Assembly (NCBI GenBank): GCA_004022145.1
Contig: RCNU01000011.1
DNA: 64,000 nucleotides
Reading direction: 5' to 3' (one strand)
Origin: Paecilomyces variotii
Taxonomy: Eukaryota
Under the pieces are notes generated by a model. The model saw only the letters and a program-made list of their open reading frames with translations, did not search any database and was not told where the DNA came from. Below are positions 48,823-61,900 of the stretch, piece by piece. A program made the translations under genes and the position numbers. Position 1 is the stretch's first letter, and each line of letters starts with the position of its first letter.

Positions 48823-50429
48823 GGGTAAACATGTTTCTTTCTTCTTTCTTTCTACATGTTCATATTGATTACTTATTCGACGCGAATTAAAAGGGAAAGA
48901 GAAGGAATTTCAAGGGCAAAGGAGAAGGGAGTTCACGAGGTCTATTTCAATCCATTCATCGACGAAGTCATATATATTTCCTTCTTACCCTCGAAGATCC
49001 CCAATGCACATTATCAAGTAAAAATGAGGAACAAAAACACCGACAGATAGATCATTAAGCATATAAATAACAAGCCCCAAACCGTCCAAACTCACCATTT
49101 TTCTTCGTCTTCTTGCATTTTTTCGCTCCGTAGCGGTTTACCATTCTCGTTCACATAAGTGTATTGCTTTGTAGATAGATGTATTAGCGCGGAGCAGAAC
49201 TATGTCCCTTGTTATTTAACAGGTGACGCATCGGGATCGTTATAAACGGGGTCTTTCGGACCAGGGTTTTCGTGGATCCAAACTGTCTGGATGGCGATAG
49301 ACTTGGTCTCCGGAGTCCGTGGTAAGCCTAAGTAGCCTTGAGAGTTGCGATTTCCGCCCGCGCCGCAGTCAACTTCTCTCTGAGCTGAATTAAGGCGAGC
49401 CGAAGCTGCCTGTTCATGGTGACATCCGCGGTAGAGCCCATCCTGCTGTCGCTTGCTGAAGATGTCACTGACTGGTGCGACGCTGAAAATGCTGTAGAGC
49501 CTCGTCGAAGTTCATGTGGGGTAAAGTAACTAGCGATAGGAATGAATAATAATAAAAGTCAAGGTAAAACCGATGGTGGCATTTGGACCCATTTTCCTCG
49601 GCGGTGATGAGGGTGACTACTTATGGTAGGTACTTAACGAGGGTGGTGGAATAATAATAATTTCTCGACCGTTAACTCGATTCCATCCTTTGTTTCCCAC
49701 GAGACTTGATCCCGCTCCACTCTTTCTCCTCCTAAACCGAAGATTTTTTAAAATGCGTGCATATATCTGTCCTTGGGCATTGAATTCGTAGGGCCATTTC
49801 GCCGCCCAGGCACACGGACACTATTTTCACCATGACGTACACCCACGCATTATATAAGTAGTTAGCTTGATATGCTGTGTTGGGGTGGGATGGGTAGCTG
49901 TAGATTTCTGGGTCTCATAGCGTGTTGACGAGTTTCCAAGAGTTAAACGAGACAATATCACGGCGTAGGATGCGGTTCTTTACCAGGACCATCGTCGAAC
50001 TGCCATACTGAGATATATCAAGATGACAATCTTGCTGTTTCGCTAATTGGCATAGTGGTACTTAAGACAGGAGTGAGAGGTCTGGTACTTAAAAGACAGA
50101 AGAGCAACCCGAAGTAGGTAGGATACCATTTTGAGGGGAATTGACTCCCTGGCGGATAGTTGTGCGTGAATTAGCTGGGGCAATATCCAGACAGACATAA
50201 CATGGTCAATAATCCCAATAAACTCTTCTGTAGAAAGAAAAAAAAAGGAAAGAACAATATCCTACCCATCCCCTCCGACACGAAAGGTCGACCAAACAGC
50301 GCATGGAATGGCAGCACCAATTAGTTTTGACCCTGTCGTCGTGACGGCAATCTCCTGAATGCAATACAATATGCACGCTAGGTTGGTCCTCGAAAGACCC
50401 AGGATTGACATAGGCCTCTCTCTCAAGGT

Positions 50430-51576
50430 TTAAAGCTGTCCTCTCTGAAATAGTATCTGAGGATATTCAGCCAGGCATGGTCGACTTGTTCCTCGTACAC
50501 GCCCGGTGTTAAACCAGCAAGACGTGTCCTCATAGGAGCGTTTCTCATGTAATCTGATGGCCGTCCCATTCGCGGTCTTCAACAGCTTCTTCTTTGGTAA
50601 CAAGACAGGCTCTGGCTGTGTCTGTGCCCTTTGGCCACAGTACATTTGTCCGCTCACGGTTTGCTAGTAAAAGCTGCCATTCCCAGTCCTGTGAGACATA
50701 TTGATAATCCCGGAGGACCAGATTCAGCATGGGAAAATCCCATCAATGATATCCCGAATCAATTTGGGCGTGTTTGTTTAGGGGGCCAGTTGAGGCGCGC
50801 AAGCTGCAATTTCTCGATATCGATACTTATCGATATCGATATAAGTATCCGTTCCCGGGTTCTTACTGTAAATTTCATCAAAACGACAAGCCAACATCTT
50901 GAACGTCTCCCTGCGAAATTATTGAACCACCACCACAAAGCATCCTGGGTGATAATTTAGGGATCGAAGCTTGAAATCATCCAATCTCTCAAATAACTAG
51001 ATCTGGGTGAGACACCCGAATCTTGAAGGCGGGTAAGAGGACCTCTGCCCGGCCGGATCCCTGGGATCACAGTCCCAGATGATCAAGTTCTTGCCGGTCC
51101 CAACTTCGGAGCGAATCACCGCAACACCCCAAACATGCCAGCACTTCGTATCCCAATGCGGATCAGCGACCCAGTTTTTGCTGGGAGTGCTGCAGACGGC
51201 GAACCAGGCCTGCTTTCCCCCTTTCGGGGCTTTCCAAAAGAACGAGTATATATCGCGGACATTGATATCCGGCAACAAGTTGCATTAGTTGGTCTTTATT
51301 TTACCGTCTGGTAAGGAGAGCACGTGTGGATACATATAAGGGCCATCAGGGACCGTGTTGAAGTCAGACAGGAAGTCAGCAATGGTATCGGCTGAAGATT
51401 GAGGATCTCTGTCGGCGGGATAGCGGCCGTTTGGGGTGCAGCTTCAGACTCCATCGGAGGGTCTGAAGCCGGAACAGACAGAGTAGAGGCCATGGAGGAC
51501 TGACTGATCGGTCAGGTACAGGTACATACATTCTTTTGCCCTTTTGCTTTGACCACGCTTTGGTCAAGGGTGACAT
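50430..51576 (-). pseudogene. Probable decayed coding sequence (fragmented ORFs of unknown family)
   Basis: Protein-like fragments on one strand (IYSFFWKAPKGGKQAWFAVCSTPSKNWVADPHWDTKCWHVWGVAVIRSEVGTGKNLIIWDCDP; LRDYQYVSQDWEWQLLLANRERTNVLWP) interrupted by stops. I could not build a coherent gene model. Confidence 0.35.
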
Positions 51577-52819
51577 CTCTATTCACCCGGGGAAGGCTTA
51601 TAGATGCAAATTTCAGAATTATATAAATAAATAGCTGATAAGCGTATTCAATGGTCCCCCAGACAGTACTTTGAGAATAGATGTATATCAATAATCATTG
51701 TGAAATTTCAGGCTACTTCGATATCAAGGACTAGTATACGGATCGTCTTCGGATCTCTTCATTGCATGGTATGGCTTGAGAGAGAAAAAACGATAGTCAA
51801 TAGTAAATCTGCTGGAAATGCAGAAAAAAGCATCATAAGCAGTAACTGGAAGTGGGCAAACATGCGTCATAACCATAACCTGTTGTTCAGACTGTTTATG
51901 ATAATTCGAATGTAAATACGGGGTTTACCTCGCGTCTATATATAGAGAGAGAGAGAGAGAGTCAAGTAGACAACTACCACCTCCACTAGCCTACTAATTA
52001 CATTAAATACAACAACCATTCACTTCCGCACCCCTTTAGGTTGTGATCAAGGGAAGATATCAAAGAAAGAAAACAAATCCCCAAGCAAAACTCCAAGCCG
52101 AGTATTTATTCATAAGCATAAGTGACAAACAGAAGACAAGATACAGTGTATTCAATAATCGCCCAAAGGGAATGAATGAATGCCTACCTCGCTAGGGAGG
52201 TGCTGGAATTCTCCTATGCCCTGCCTTCTCAGCATGCTTCACTCATGGGGATGGGATGAATACTTAGCCTAAGCTAATTTACTGGGGTCCAAGCATGAGG
52301 AGGTAAGGAGCCTCAGCGTTGTCAAGGTCAGGAAGTTAGTTATATTATTCATCATGCGGGCCAGTTCCATGTTTTGCTGCCTAGAGCATGCCTCTATCCC
52401 GACTTGGTTGTTCATGAAGAAAAGGAAATATACAAGGTCCATTTCACCAATGACAGAATATTTAAAGAGGATTTCCATTTCTGTCTGTCCCTCTCGAACC
52501 TTTCCTGATTTACGCTATCAAAGTACTGTAAAACAAAGAAAGAAACACAGACACAAGCTCAGGAGTAGCAGGTATGAAACCTTCAAAACTCGCAAATTCT
52601 TCTTCTCTTCTAGAAGAATGAAACATCAAGAGGAATCTTCCAAAGCACAGAGACAACGACAATATGAATACATTTTCGAGAGAACTGGAAAAGAAAATAC
52701 AACCGATGCGTACAGAGAAATACAATGTAGACAGACGTCTCTCCTCATGTGAACTATGTTTTCCTTTTTCTGTCCCTTTCCTCTTCTAATGGCCAACACA
52801 TTCCATGTCCCATGCTCAA

Positions 52820-55680
52820 CTACGAGATTTCATCCGTGCCATCGGCTGCAGCGTCGGGCAGTTCCTCTTCTTTAGACTCCGGGGCGGGCTCAGTAGGAGC
52901 TGGCGCAGTTGTACCGAGAGGCTTTGCGTTAGCCATGGCTTCAGAGATGAATGATTCCTCGACAGCTGCTTTTCGTCTGAATACTCGCAACCACCGACGG
53001 CCCCACTGGCGAATGAGCTCGTCCTCTGGCAGGGTGCCACTTCCATCGCCTCTCTCCATGAGCTGGTCATTGTTACCGCCCGCGACTGAGACCAACGAGT
53101 CCTCCAGCAGCTTGAACAAGGTCTGCATATCGGCCTTTTCGCGGTTCAAAGTCTCGTCCACAACGCTGAGCTGCGGCTCGTAGAGGCCGGGCTGGATACG
53201 AGCGATGACGATCTGGCGAATGCGGTTGGTGACCTTTCGAATCGTGGCAGCGACCACCTCGTAGATGTGGCACTGGGCAAGGATCGTGCCTGCGGCCAGT
53301 CTGTCAAGAAGCGCCCACTCAATGACGGATAAAGGAGTCAAGATGGTATAGTTGAGGAGCTTGTCGACTATGTTGATGGCAATGCCGGGCTGGTCGGCCC
53401 AGTATTCCATAACTGAGGTGATGATCTGACGACGCGCAATAGGTGATCGGGGTCCAATCGCAAGAAGGCGTTCCTTGTTGCGTTCAATGCACGAGAGCAC
53501 GTGAGACAGAGACTTGGCTCCGACAAAGCAGATCGACGTGACGAAAGCATCTGTCGAAGGAATCATAGGATCCTCCACTCCGTGTTCTTTCGCCTGCTGT
53601 TCAATTGCCTCGATGACCGGCTGTATTTCCTCATCGGATGCCTTCTGTCTGATAAGCTGCATAAGTTCCCTGCCCTCCTTGGCATAGGGTGTTGCTGAAG
53701 ACTTTAGCATATACTCTGGCACAGCCTCCTAGTTGATGACTTACTGTCTACTGCGTATTTGAAGTCTGGTGTATCCTTCTCCTTGCCTTCCGTTATAAGT
53801 GAATGGTAAGGTTCCGGGAGCGTTCCCTTGATACGCTGCGCAAAACTCAAACGGATCTCCTTGTCAAGCGCGCCGTTAATAAAGGCCATCTTGGGATGGA
53901 CAGCAGGAAGGTCAAGATCGTCAATCCTGTTCAAAGTTAGTATACGCTAGCAATGGAAGGGAAATCATGCGTCAGAACTCACCATTCTGTCCACTTCCAT
54001 GTGAACCCAAAGTTACTCAGGTGATGAGCGAACCAATCAAGGAAGCGGTGGCATAACTCCAAGTCTATCGTCTCGATGTTACGATACATATAGCGAATAG
54101 CACGTCCCAGACTGGGCGCAATGGCAGCCGGTGCAACCTTGCAGCACTCCGTGAGAACAGAGTGGTAGTAGACGAGCTTATGTTCTGGGTTAGGAAGCTG
54201 GAATAGCTGAGAGAAGACAGCATCGACTGCCACATCTTCGGGTTTCCACGTCGTACGGTCTCCAGCGACCTCGCGCAATCTGTCAAACGGAGTGGCACGC
54301 TTGACAAAGATGTGGGGTGTGAAGTAGCAATCAATATCGATCAAGAACTTGGCCACCGCAATGCGATTGAAGTCCAGGATATTGATTGTGTCAACCAGTG
54401 CATCTCTCAAAAGAGTGGACGCAATATCCGCTCTCGTGGGGACAGTCACAAGATCCTGGCTGTCATAAACAGAGAAGTAGATTTCGGGGAAGATAGGCCT
54501 TGGGCCAGGCTTGACTGGATTCGGCACAGTGATCTCAGGGAAAGCATGCTTGGCTGCAGACTGCAGAGGATCGGGGCCATCGCTTTCTCCTTCAAGCGCG
54601 ATCTTCCAGGGACGGGGAAGACATGCGAGTTCCCAGGCGTTTTTAGATTGTTCCTGGAGCTGGTTCTGCAGCAGACTTATGATGGTCTGCGGTTCATGTC
54701 CACCTTCTTCCGGCTGAGCGAAAGAGTCGACCAAAGCAACCAAAGTGTGAGGAGTTGAGGCAATGATATCCGTTTTCTCGAGGAGAGCAGAGGCGTGTGA
54801 TTCAAAACCAGTGGCAGACGACGCCATCACGTACGGAATAGTGAAGAGGATGATCTTGACTAGCTCAAGACCCAGAGACTATAGAAGCGGTTAGTTACGT
54901 AGCTCGTAGATTTAAGGGGAGAAGAACCACTCACGTCTTCCGAAGAAGCAGTCTGTAGATCAACGGCACGTGCGAACAATTCCTCCAGAATGGGGAAAAC
55001 TCCGTCTCCTTCATAGAGACCTTGGAGACAACCAAGAAACCTCAGGATCAGCTTGACTTCACGCCAAGCTCCAATGTTGATATATTTCTGCGCCGCCTCA
55101 CGCGCCTTCTCGAGCACTTCCGTGGCCAGGGCGGAATTCTTCGAATTAGCAACCAAGATGATTGCTGCGACGAACGGGATCTTGAATGGTTGTTCCAAAA
55201 CACTAAAGCCATCACATATCAGCACCAGCATAACCCCAGAAAGTCATCCTAGACACCCCATGCACTCACAGTTGAATCGAAAGTTCGAGGAAGCTGCTCT
55301 TCACTTCTTCATCTTCAAAGTTCTCCGTGACCATCTTCGCGATGCTCGCGACATCATCCTCAGCTCTTCTAGCGGCCTATTTATATCGCGCAACATTGTT
55401 AGCGCCTTCAGTCTCTCTCTCTCCAGCAGAACAATGGACGATTTCGTACCGATTCAGCAATTGTCAATAACTGTCTCCGAACTTTGGCAACCAGGGGCTC
55501 CTCATATCTGCGTCTCTGCTGACGACGGTCGAAATCATCATCGTCTGAAAGCGAATGTCAGCGATTGAAGAGTATTTTCCTCTTGTCGATTTCTCATAAG
55601 CGCCGGAGCTGACCTCTGTAACGTCTCTTGCGACCACCACCACCACGGCCGCCGTGGTTCCGGCGCTCGTATTCAGCCAT
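52820..55680 (-). CDS. cbc1: Nuclear cap-binding complex large subunit (CBP80/NCBP1/Sto1), MIF4G-like
   Basis: N-terminal NLS MAEYERRNHGGRGGGGRKRRYR; EQPFKIPFVAA; WREVKLILRFL; APAAIAPSLGRAIRYMY; FLDWFAHHLSNFGFTWKWTEW; LDKEIRLSFAQRIKGTLP; GAKSLSHVLSCIER. Confidence 0.92.
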
Positions 55681-57372
55681 ATGAACCGTACCACCGCTTT
55701 TAACGCGACAGCTGGACTTGGGATATGTAGTTTATGCGACGCTGCAAACTCAGGTATAATGTAAACAGGGCGCTGGTAGCAGTATCCGTCCCGGATGCTT
55801 GCTCGAGACCTAGAAATCACGTCATATTAGAACGGGAATTCTGAACCCAGCTTTTAAGAACGTGCCAAAACTTACTAACCCTTGCACAATTTGCACTGAT
55901 CACTGAGCTCCAATTCAAAGAAAGACGTATAATTTATGTGCTAGAGGCGATTCGAGGAGCAAACACGCTTAGCCCCGTCTGCTCGGATGTGGTCTCGTAG
56001 ACGACAAAGGAAGCTGGCAGCAGGCCGGATCGTTAAAGAAAAAGCGCGCCTCCTGTACCCCGGCGACTCAATGTATAGTCCTCAATGCCTGGTGAGCACC
56101 ACAAGGAATGAGTGTCGCCAATCCAAATAGTTACGCGCCAGTTCGAGCAGTTACAAGATCGGCGTTTTATATGACCCGTTCCGACACTGTCATAACAAAG
56201 CACGTGACATGAACTGTTGTTGTACAGGAAGTGTCCTCTTAATGCTATTACTATTATCGCCAAGGGTGCTTGGTAACTACTGCAAGACAGAAGATGCCAA
56301 GATTCAGCCATCAAGATCCAATAGACTAGAATGTCCTCGCATTTGCACCAGTCGCGTACTAGAAGCATCATCATACGGAAGCAGGTCAACGGCAACTGGT
56401 TATTCTTGATTTACCTCGCTATCACATCTTACACAAAGGGGAAATGCGATCAGGCAGCATTTTTGAAGTTCTGAACCTGCTCAAGTGAGACGAAATTCTG
56501 GAGAATAAGGCTATCCAGGATTTTAAAAGCCGCGGACAAACATTAATGCATATATGGATCGAGTCGAGGCAACGCAAATCATAGCAGTAGAAGTGGAACC
56601 GGTGATCATACATGTCTGAATGAGAGACCCGTTGGATAAGTTCTTCGGAGTCTCTAAATTGAAAAGGTAGCCGCTTTGGGAATTACATAACGTGCAAACG
56701 CCCCAATCAATAATGGCCTCCGGCCAAGCCAAGCCAAACGAATGAGGTTCAGGACAATAAAGGCATGAGAAAAAGGCAAACAAAGGAGAAATAGCGCTGC
56801 AAGGCCAGGGATCTCCAGATTACTGGCGCTTATATCCTGGCACATTCACAAACCGTGGCAAATATATTCGGGCCATGTTCCATATGACGAAATGCTCCGT
56901 GGGAAACTAAGTCCCCGTCCTCCACCCTGGAGGATCCTCATGCATTGTCCTCTGATGAACCCTGATGATCCGGATATGAAGCTAAGCAGACCTAAAACCC
57001 CGTAGGCAGACTTGCGCGGAAGGGGTATCACTTTTTCCTCCCAAAGGCCACTCCTCAAAGACACCTCGGAAACTCCACGCTATCACGTCACATCCCCCTC
57101 TGCATGAAGCTATAACGATTCGTTGCCCAAATTCCCGTCATGACATGGATGGTACTTTTTGCTCTTTTTCTTTCCTTCTCCCAGGGAATCGATTCCCAGT
57201 GGTACGCCAATTATGAGGCCTAAGCACATCTGAAGACTCGTTTCGAATCGAAAGACCGCCCGATGCATGAATGTGGGAACTCCGCGTGGCATGAAATCAG
57301 AGATGATTGCGCACCGTATAAGAGACAGCACTCCGAACAGGCGTGTACTTCGTTACGTCGACGCGTCTTGAA

Positions 57373-58986
57373 TCAGTCGAGACGGGCCATCATTTCTTCC
57401 TTCGTAAGAGGCGTAAAGTTATCGATGTCGAGCCCGCGAGCCTCGAGGGCGGGGCGTGCGTGAGGAGGAACCAGCCGGCTATTCAGTGCCGGTGCAATGG
57501 AGAGTTCTAGGAGAGCAGTTAGTGACAGCTGATATTTGCACATGGAACAGAGATATATATACCGTGACGAGAGAAATCAAACAGCTTAGGGAGTTCCCTA
57601 GGCGGGTTGTTGGGGTGACGTGAGTCAGGCAAGCGCGTGTTTGGATCCCGCAGCTCGTCGAAGAAGGGATGGCACATGGCCTCGATCGCAGACAAACGCT
57701 GAGTTGGCGTGTATTCCAAAAGCGCCGAGATGAGATCGATGGCTTCGGGAGAAGCTCTGCGGAAAACCTTTGGAAGTCTCAGTCAGTACCTCAATGGGAC
57801 TACGCAAATACGTATTAGAGCCTACCTTATTGAAGGGATGTGGCTTGATTTGAGGGAACTTGTGCTCCATGTAATTGGGGTTCATGGTCCGAATCTGCTC
57901 GCGAGTGGGAGTACCAAGAACCTTGATGATCTCCACAAGTTGATCGATACCGGATTCACCAGGGAAGAGTGGCTGGCCCAGCATCAATTCTGCCATGACA
58001 CATCCAGTAGACCACACATCTATTTCCCGTTAATACGTCTGACCCTATCTCCTAAAAGTGGATACGTGGTAATTACCGATTTTTGTGGTGTAGTTAGTGG
58101 CACCGAAGATCAATTCTGGCGCCCGGTAGTAACGTGAACAGATGTAAGACACGTTGGGCTCATTCTCGACAAGGATCTTGGCTGATCCGAAGTCGCAGAG
58201 CTTCAGGATACCGGTATTAGGGTCTAGCAGCAGGTTCTGGGGCTTGATGTCTCGATGGCAGATTCCCTGCGAGTGAATGTATGCCAGAGACCGGAAGAGT
58301 TGGTAGATGTAAAGCTTCACTTCGAGAGTCGGCATGGTAGTCTTCATCTTGTTGAAGTACCTCGAGGCACGGTATACGGTCTCTGGGACATACTCCAGCA
58401 CCAGGTTCAGATACACCTCGTCCTTCTGCAAGATACCCACGAAACGTTTGGTTAGCAACTCCATGGCCGGAACGACAAAAAGACATTGGCTCACATACCC
58501 TTTCCCCATTGGAGTAGTAGAAGGCTTTGAGCTCCACGATGTTGGGATGGCGCACGATCCTCATGATCTGCAACTCACGGTTCTATGGAGAAAGGCGTCA
58601 GTTCGGTTCAGAGCGTAGGGGGGTTATGCATTGTAGCTGCGGTATGAATCATTTGTTAGTCCTTACCTTGAACCGCTTGTCCTGGAGCACTCGCTTGATG
58701 GCGGCATCCTCACCACTTGGGGTCAGTTTGGTCTGAAAGACAACACCAAACGAGCCATTGCCGACGATCTTGCATTGTGTATATTGCATCTCCTTCGTCT
58801 CTCCGGTCAGTCCGTCTTGGACCTTTTCGCGTATGACCTCTGGTAGATCATCACAGGTATTGTCAGCGGAGGAGCTTCCTTAACAAGATGAGAGGGGGGG
58901 GAGGCATGTCAATTGCGAGAGAAAGGGATCCAATTCTTACCCCCCATGCGCAGGCTCGAGAATACCCCAGGCCGAATTTGTGACAT
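57373..58986 (-). CDS. gskA: Glycogen synthase kinase-3 (GSK3/Rim11/Mck1 family)
   Basis: [91 protein letters not shown]; ends EEMMARLD*. Confidence 0.96.
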
Positions 58987-61900
58987 CACGTGGGGTCTCG
59001 AGAGAGTTGGCGACAGATACCAAGGAGTGTTCTATATCGACAGGGCGGAGGACTGCACTTTGAGGGTCGAAGACGAGTCGAGGAAACACCAACGGTAGTT
59101 GAGCGATCCGTTTTGGGCAGATTGGAGGCGGTGGAGAAAGCAGCTCAGGTTGCCCTTTGGGTAGTTGAGCGTTCGCAGGTGGATGTTCAGGTGGAGGTGA
59201 AGGTGAGATGAAGGTTGGAAAGCGGGCTCGTGGGCGGACGAATTGCGGAATGGAAGGCTCAGACCAAAGACCCAGCAGTGTCAGGCTGGAGGACGCCAAG
59301 AGTGTAGCCACACGACTGCCCAAGGGATCCAATACCAGTGAATCGCACGGGATTGCGCACTCGCCTGGGCTGCGAGAGACGATCGGGGACGCAGAGGACT
59401 GTCGAGACGCGCTGCGTGGAGGTTTTGCTCACGACGAGCTTTGGTGGTGCAGTGTTCAAGCCGTTGGGACCTGAGAGGAGGGGATGATGGGTCTGGGTTG
59501 AAGAGAGAGGGCGAGCGAGCAGGAGGGCAGGTGACGTTGATGCAGCGACGAAGCCCAACACGGTAAGGCTGCAGGAACGCGGGAATCAGAGTGCCCCGTG
59601 GGAGCAGGAAGAGGGGGGGGGAAGAGAGCAAGTTGATCAGAGGTAGAACTGAGAAAGAAGAAGAAGAATGAGAAGCAGGTCAGGTCGGGACCAGGTAAGT
59701 GAAGTGCAGACAGACGAGCTGTGAGCAGTCGTAGAGTGAGTTGAACTACTATTCTGCCAGATGGGGTGTGTACTGTACGAGTAGGAACCGACGGTTTGGG
59801 GGGCGCGCGGGAGCGACTCTCGGTGGGTGGTGCGGGCAAAAGAAGAAGAACTGCTGTGGCAGTGCGGGTGGTGGAGATTGAATGTCAGGACGCAGTGAAG
59901 CAGACTTTCTGTTTACGGAATCTGGCAGTCACTAAGGAAGCCAAAATGATGGAGAGAGGATAGGGAAATTCGATGACGGTGTTTTTTTTTTGTGTGTGCG
60001 TGTGTGTGTGTTTGTTCCTTGTCGTATTATTATCGACGACCAACAACCGGGGGAAGCATGATGGCATTACAGTCACTTCGTCCGGAGGGGAGGCCAAAAA
60101 GAGGGGACGTGGAGTGGTGTCTCCTGTCCGGTACAATACCGTACCTGTAATTCATTACCAGCGGATGTTCTGCGGGAGAGCAAGGACCGGCCACAAGGGC
60201 GGAGGAGCCGGGGGAGGCGAAAACACGCAGAGGGGAGAAAACGGGGTAAAAAGTGAGTCTTTCGCAGCGCAGATTCAGAAATGACGGCGGTTCTGGTGGA
60301 GACCAACTTCGGGATCTGGAGTGCCTGAAGCAAGAGGCTTTTCTTTTCTTCTTCTTCTTTTATTATTATTTGTATTACCATATTACACTAGTTCTCCTGC
60401 CTTCCTGGGGGAAATCATTCAATCGCTACGGGTGGGAAATTCAAGGAAGAAATGACAACGTTTGTATGTACTTATGGTCCTCCCATGTTTTCCCTATTTC
60501 CCGGTCAGGCCAGAGCCGAATGCTGGAAGGAAAAACGCCGCTGATGACAGATGGACGGCCGGAATTAGTATTTACCATCATAACAAATAAGTAGTAAGTA
60601 TGGTAAATCATCCCAAATCATCTGGAGAAGATCCCTGGAGAGGATCGGCCAGCTGCCGGTCACCGACGATGCGGCGGCCTGTGGGAAGCAGAGAAAAGAG
60701 GGGTTGACAGGCGACGTGCCCCCTGGTCAAGCGATATCAAGGGCAAACCAAACATAGTATCTAGTGTAGTAGTGGCAGCTAAGGATGCAAGTCGTGTGCG
60801 CTTGGATATGCCGTTCGCTCGTCTGGGCCAGTGCCGCCAGGAGAGCCCGGCTGCCTCCGTCGCAAAAAGCGCGCGTCCGTGCTGCGCGGCGACTGGCCCA
60901 GCCGGCTCCAGCAAACCGATCATCTATGGTAGGACGTTTCTATTACGGAGGGCCGTGGATATATTAATATTAATCTTGAGCGTTTCTCCGCTTCATGTCG
61001 GGTGACCAATTGCTGTGTCCACCACATCCACTCCCGCTATTGGCAAGCGTTGCGTCCTGTATCTGCTGTGTACCATCCAGGGCACGTAATAAATCATATA
61101 CTCTAGTAGTAGTAGCTCCACGGGTCCGTGTTCCGTCAAGGAACACGTTGGAAACAGGCGCACACAACAATTGCGCCTCTGATTGAATTGGATCCCGCGG
61201 AGCTCCCTGGGCGGAACCTCGGGGCGGACCTACGCTGAAACAATTCCTGCTCAGGAGGTCCGGTTCGAAACTAGATAATAATAATAGGCGATACGGATGG
61301 ACCAATCCTGTTGGGATCTGGCTATTGTATTTTATTATTTACTGCTGGTCCAGACGGTTCCAGCATTCGAGCTCTCCATATGCCCGGACCCTCAGGGACA
61401 ATGGCACGCGACTTGTCACCGCCTACCATCTTACTACTATTTTGGAATAATACGTCTATTGACCCTATTCTTTTTTCGTTACCTAAACAAGGTCCTCCTA
61501 GTATAGAGCTATATCGCTAATTCGTACTACGGTAGATGTTTTGGAACCCACTATGGTAGCTCGTGTCAACAGAAGAATAGCCGTTGCGAGAGCTAAAATA
61601 TATACTCTATCTATCTATATCCAGTCCCATTGAGGACTCTTCACGCAGACGGTCAACTGACTCACCTTAGTCCTCAGCATGAGACGTGGCGTTCAAACGC
61701 CTAACGGCGGGTATGTATTTATTCTTTTCTCGCTCGAGAACCATGGCGTCCGAGCAGTCGAGTTATAACGAGAAAGGCAACTGCTGAAAACCGGGCATTG
61801 CTATCGACAAATTGCTCCTCAAAAAGTGGCTGGTTGCTCACATAACCAAGGGAGATATCTTCATTGTGGCGGTTTCCTGATCGAATTCCGTATACGAGCA

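Noticed and set aside
58937-59332. 131-aa ORF overlapping the GSK3 start as a possible uORF or extension
   Set aside because: Starts at TTG, is out of frame with GSK3 and is low-complexity; the GSK3 frame has a TAG 16 codons upstream.
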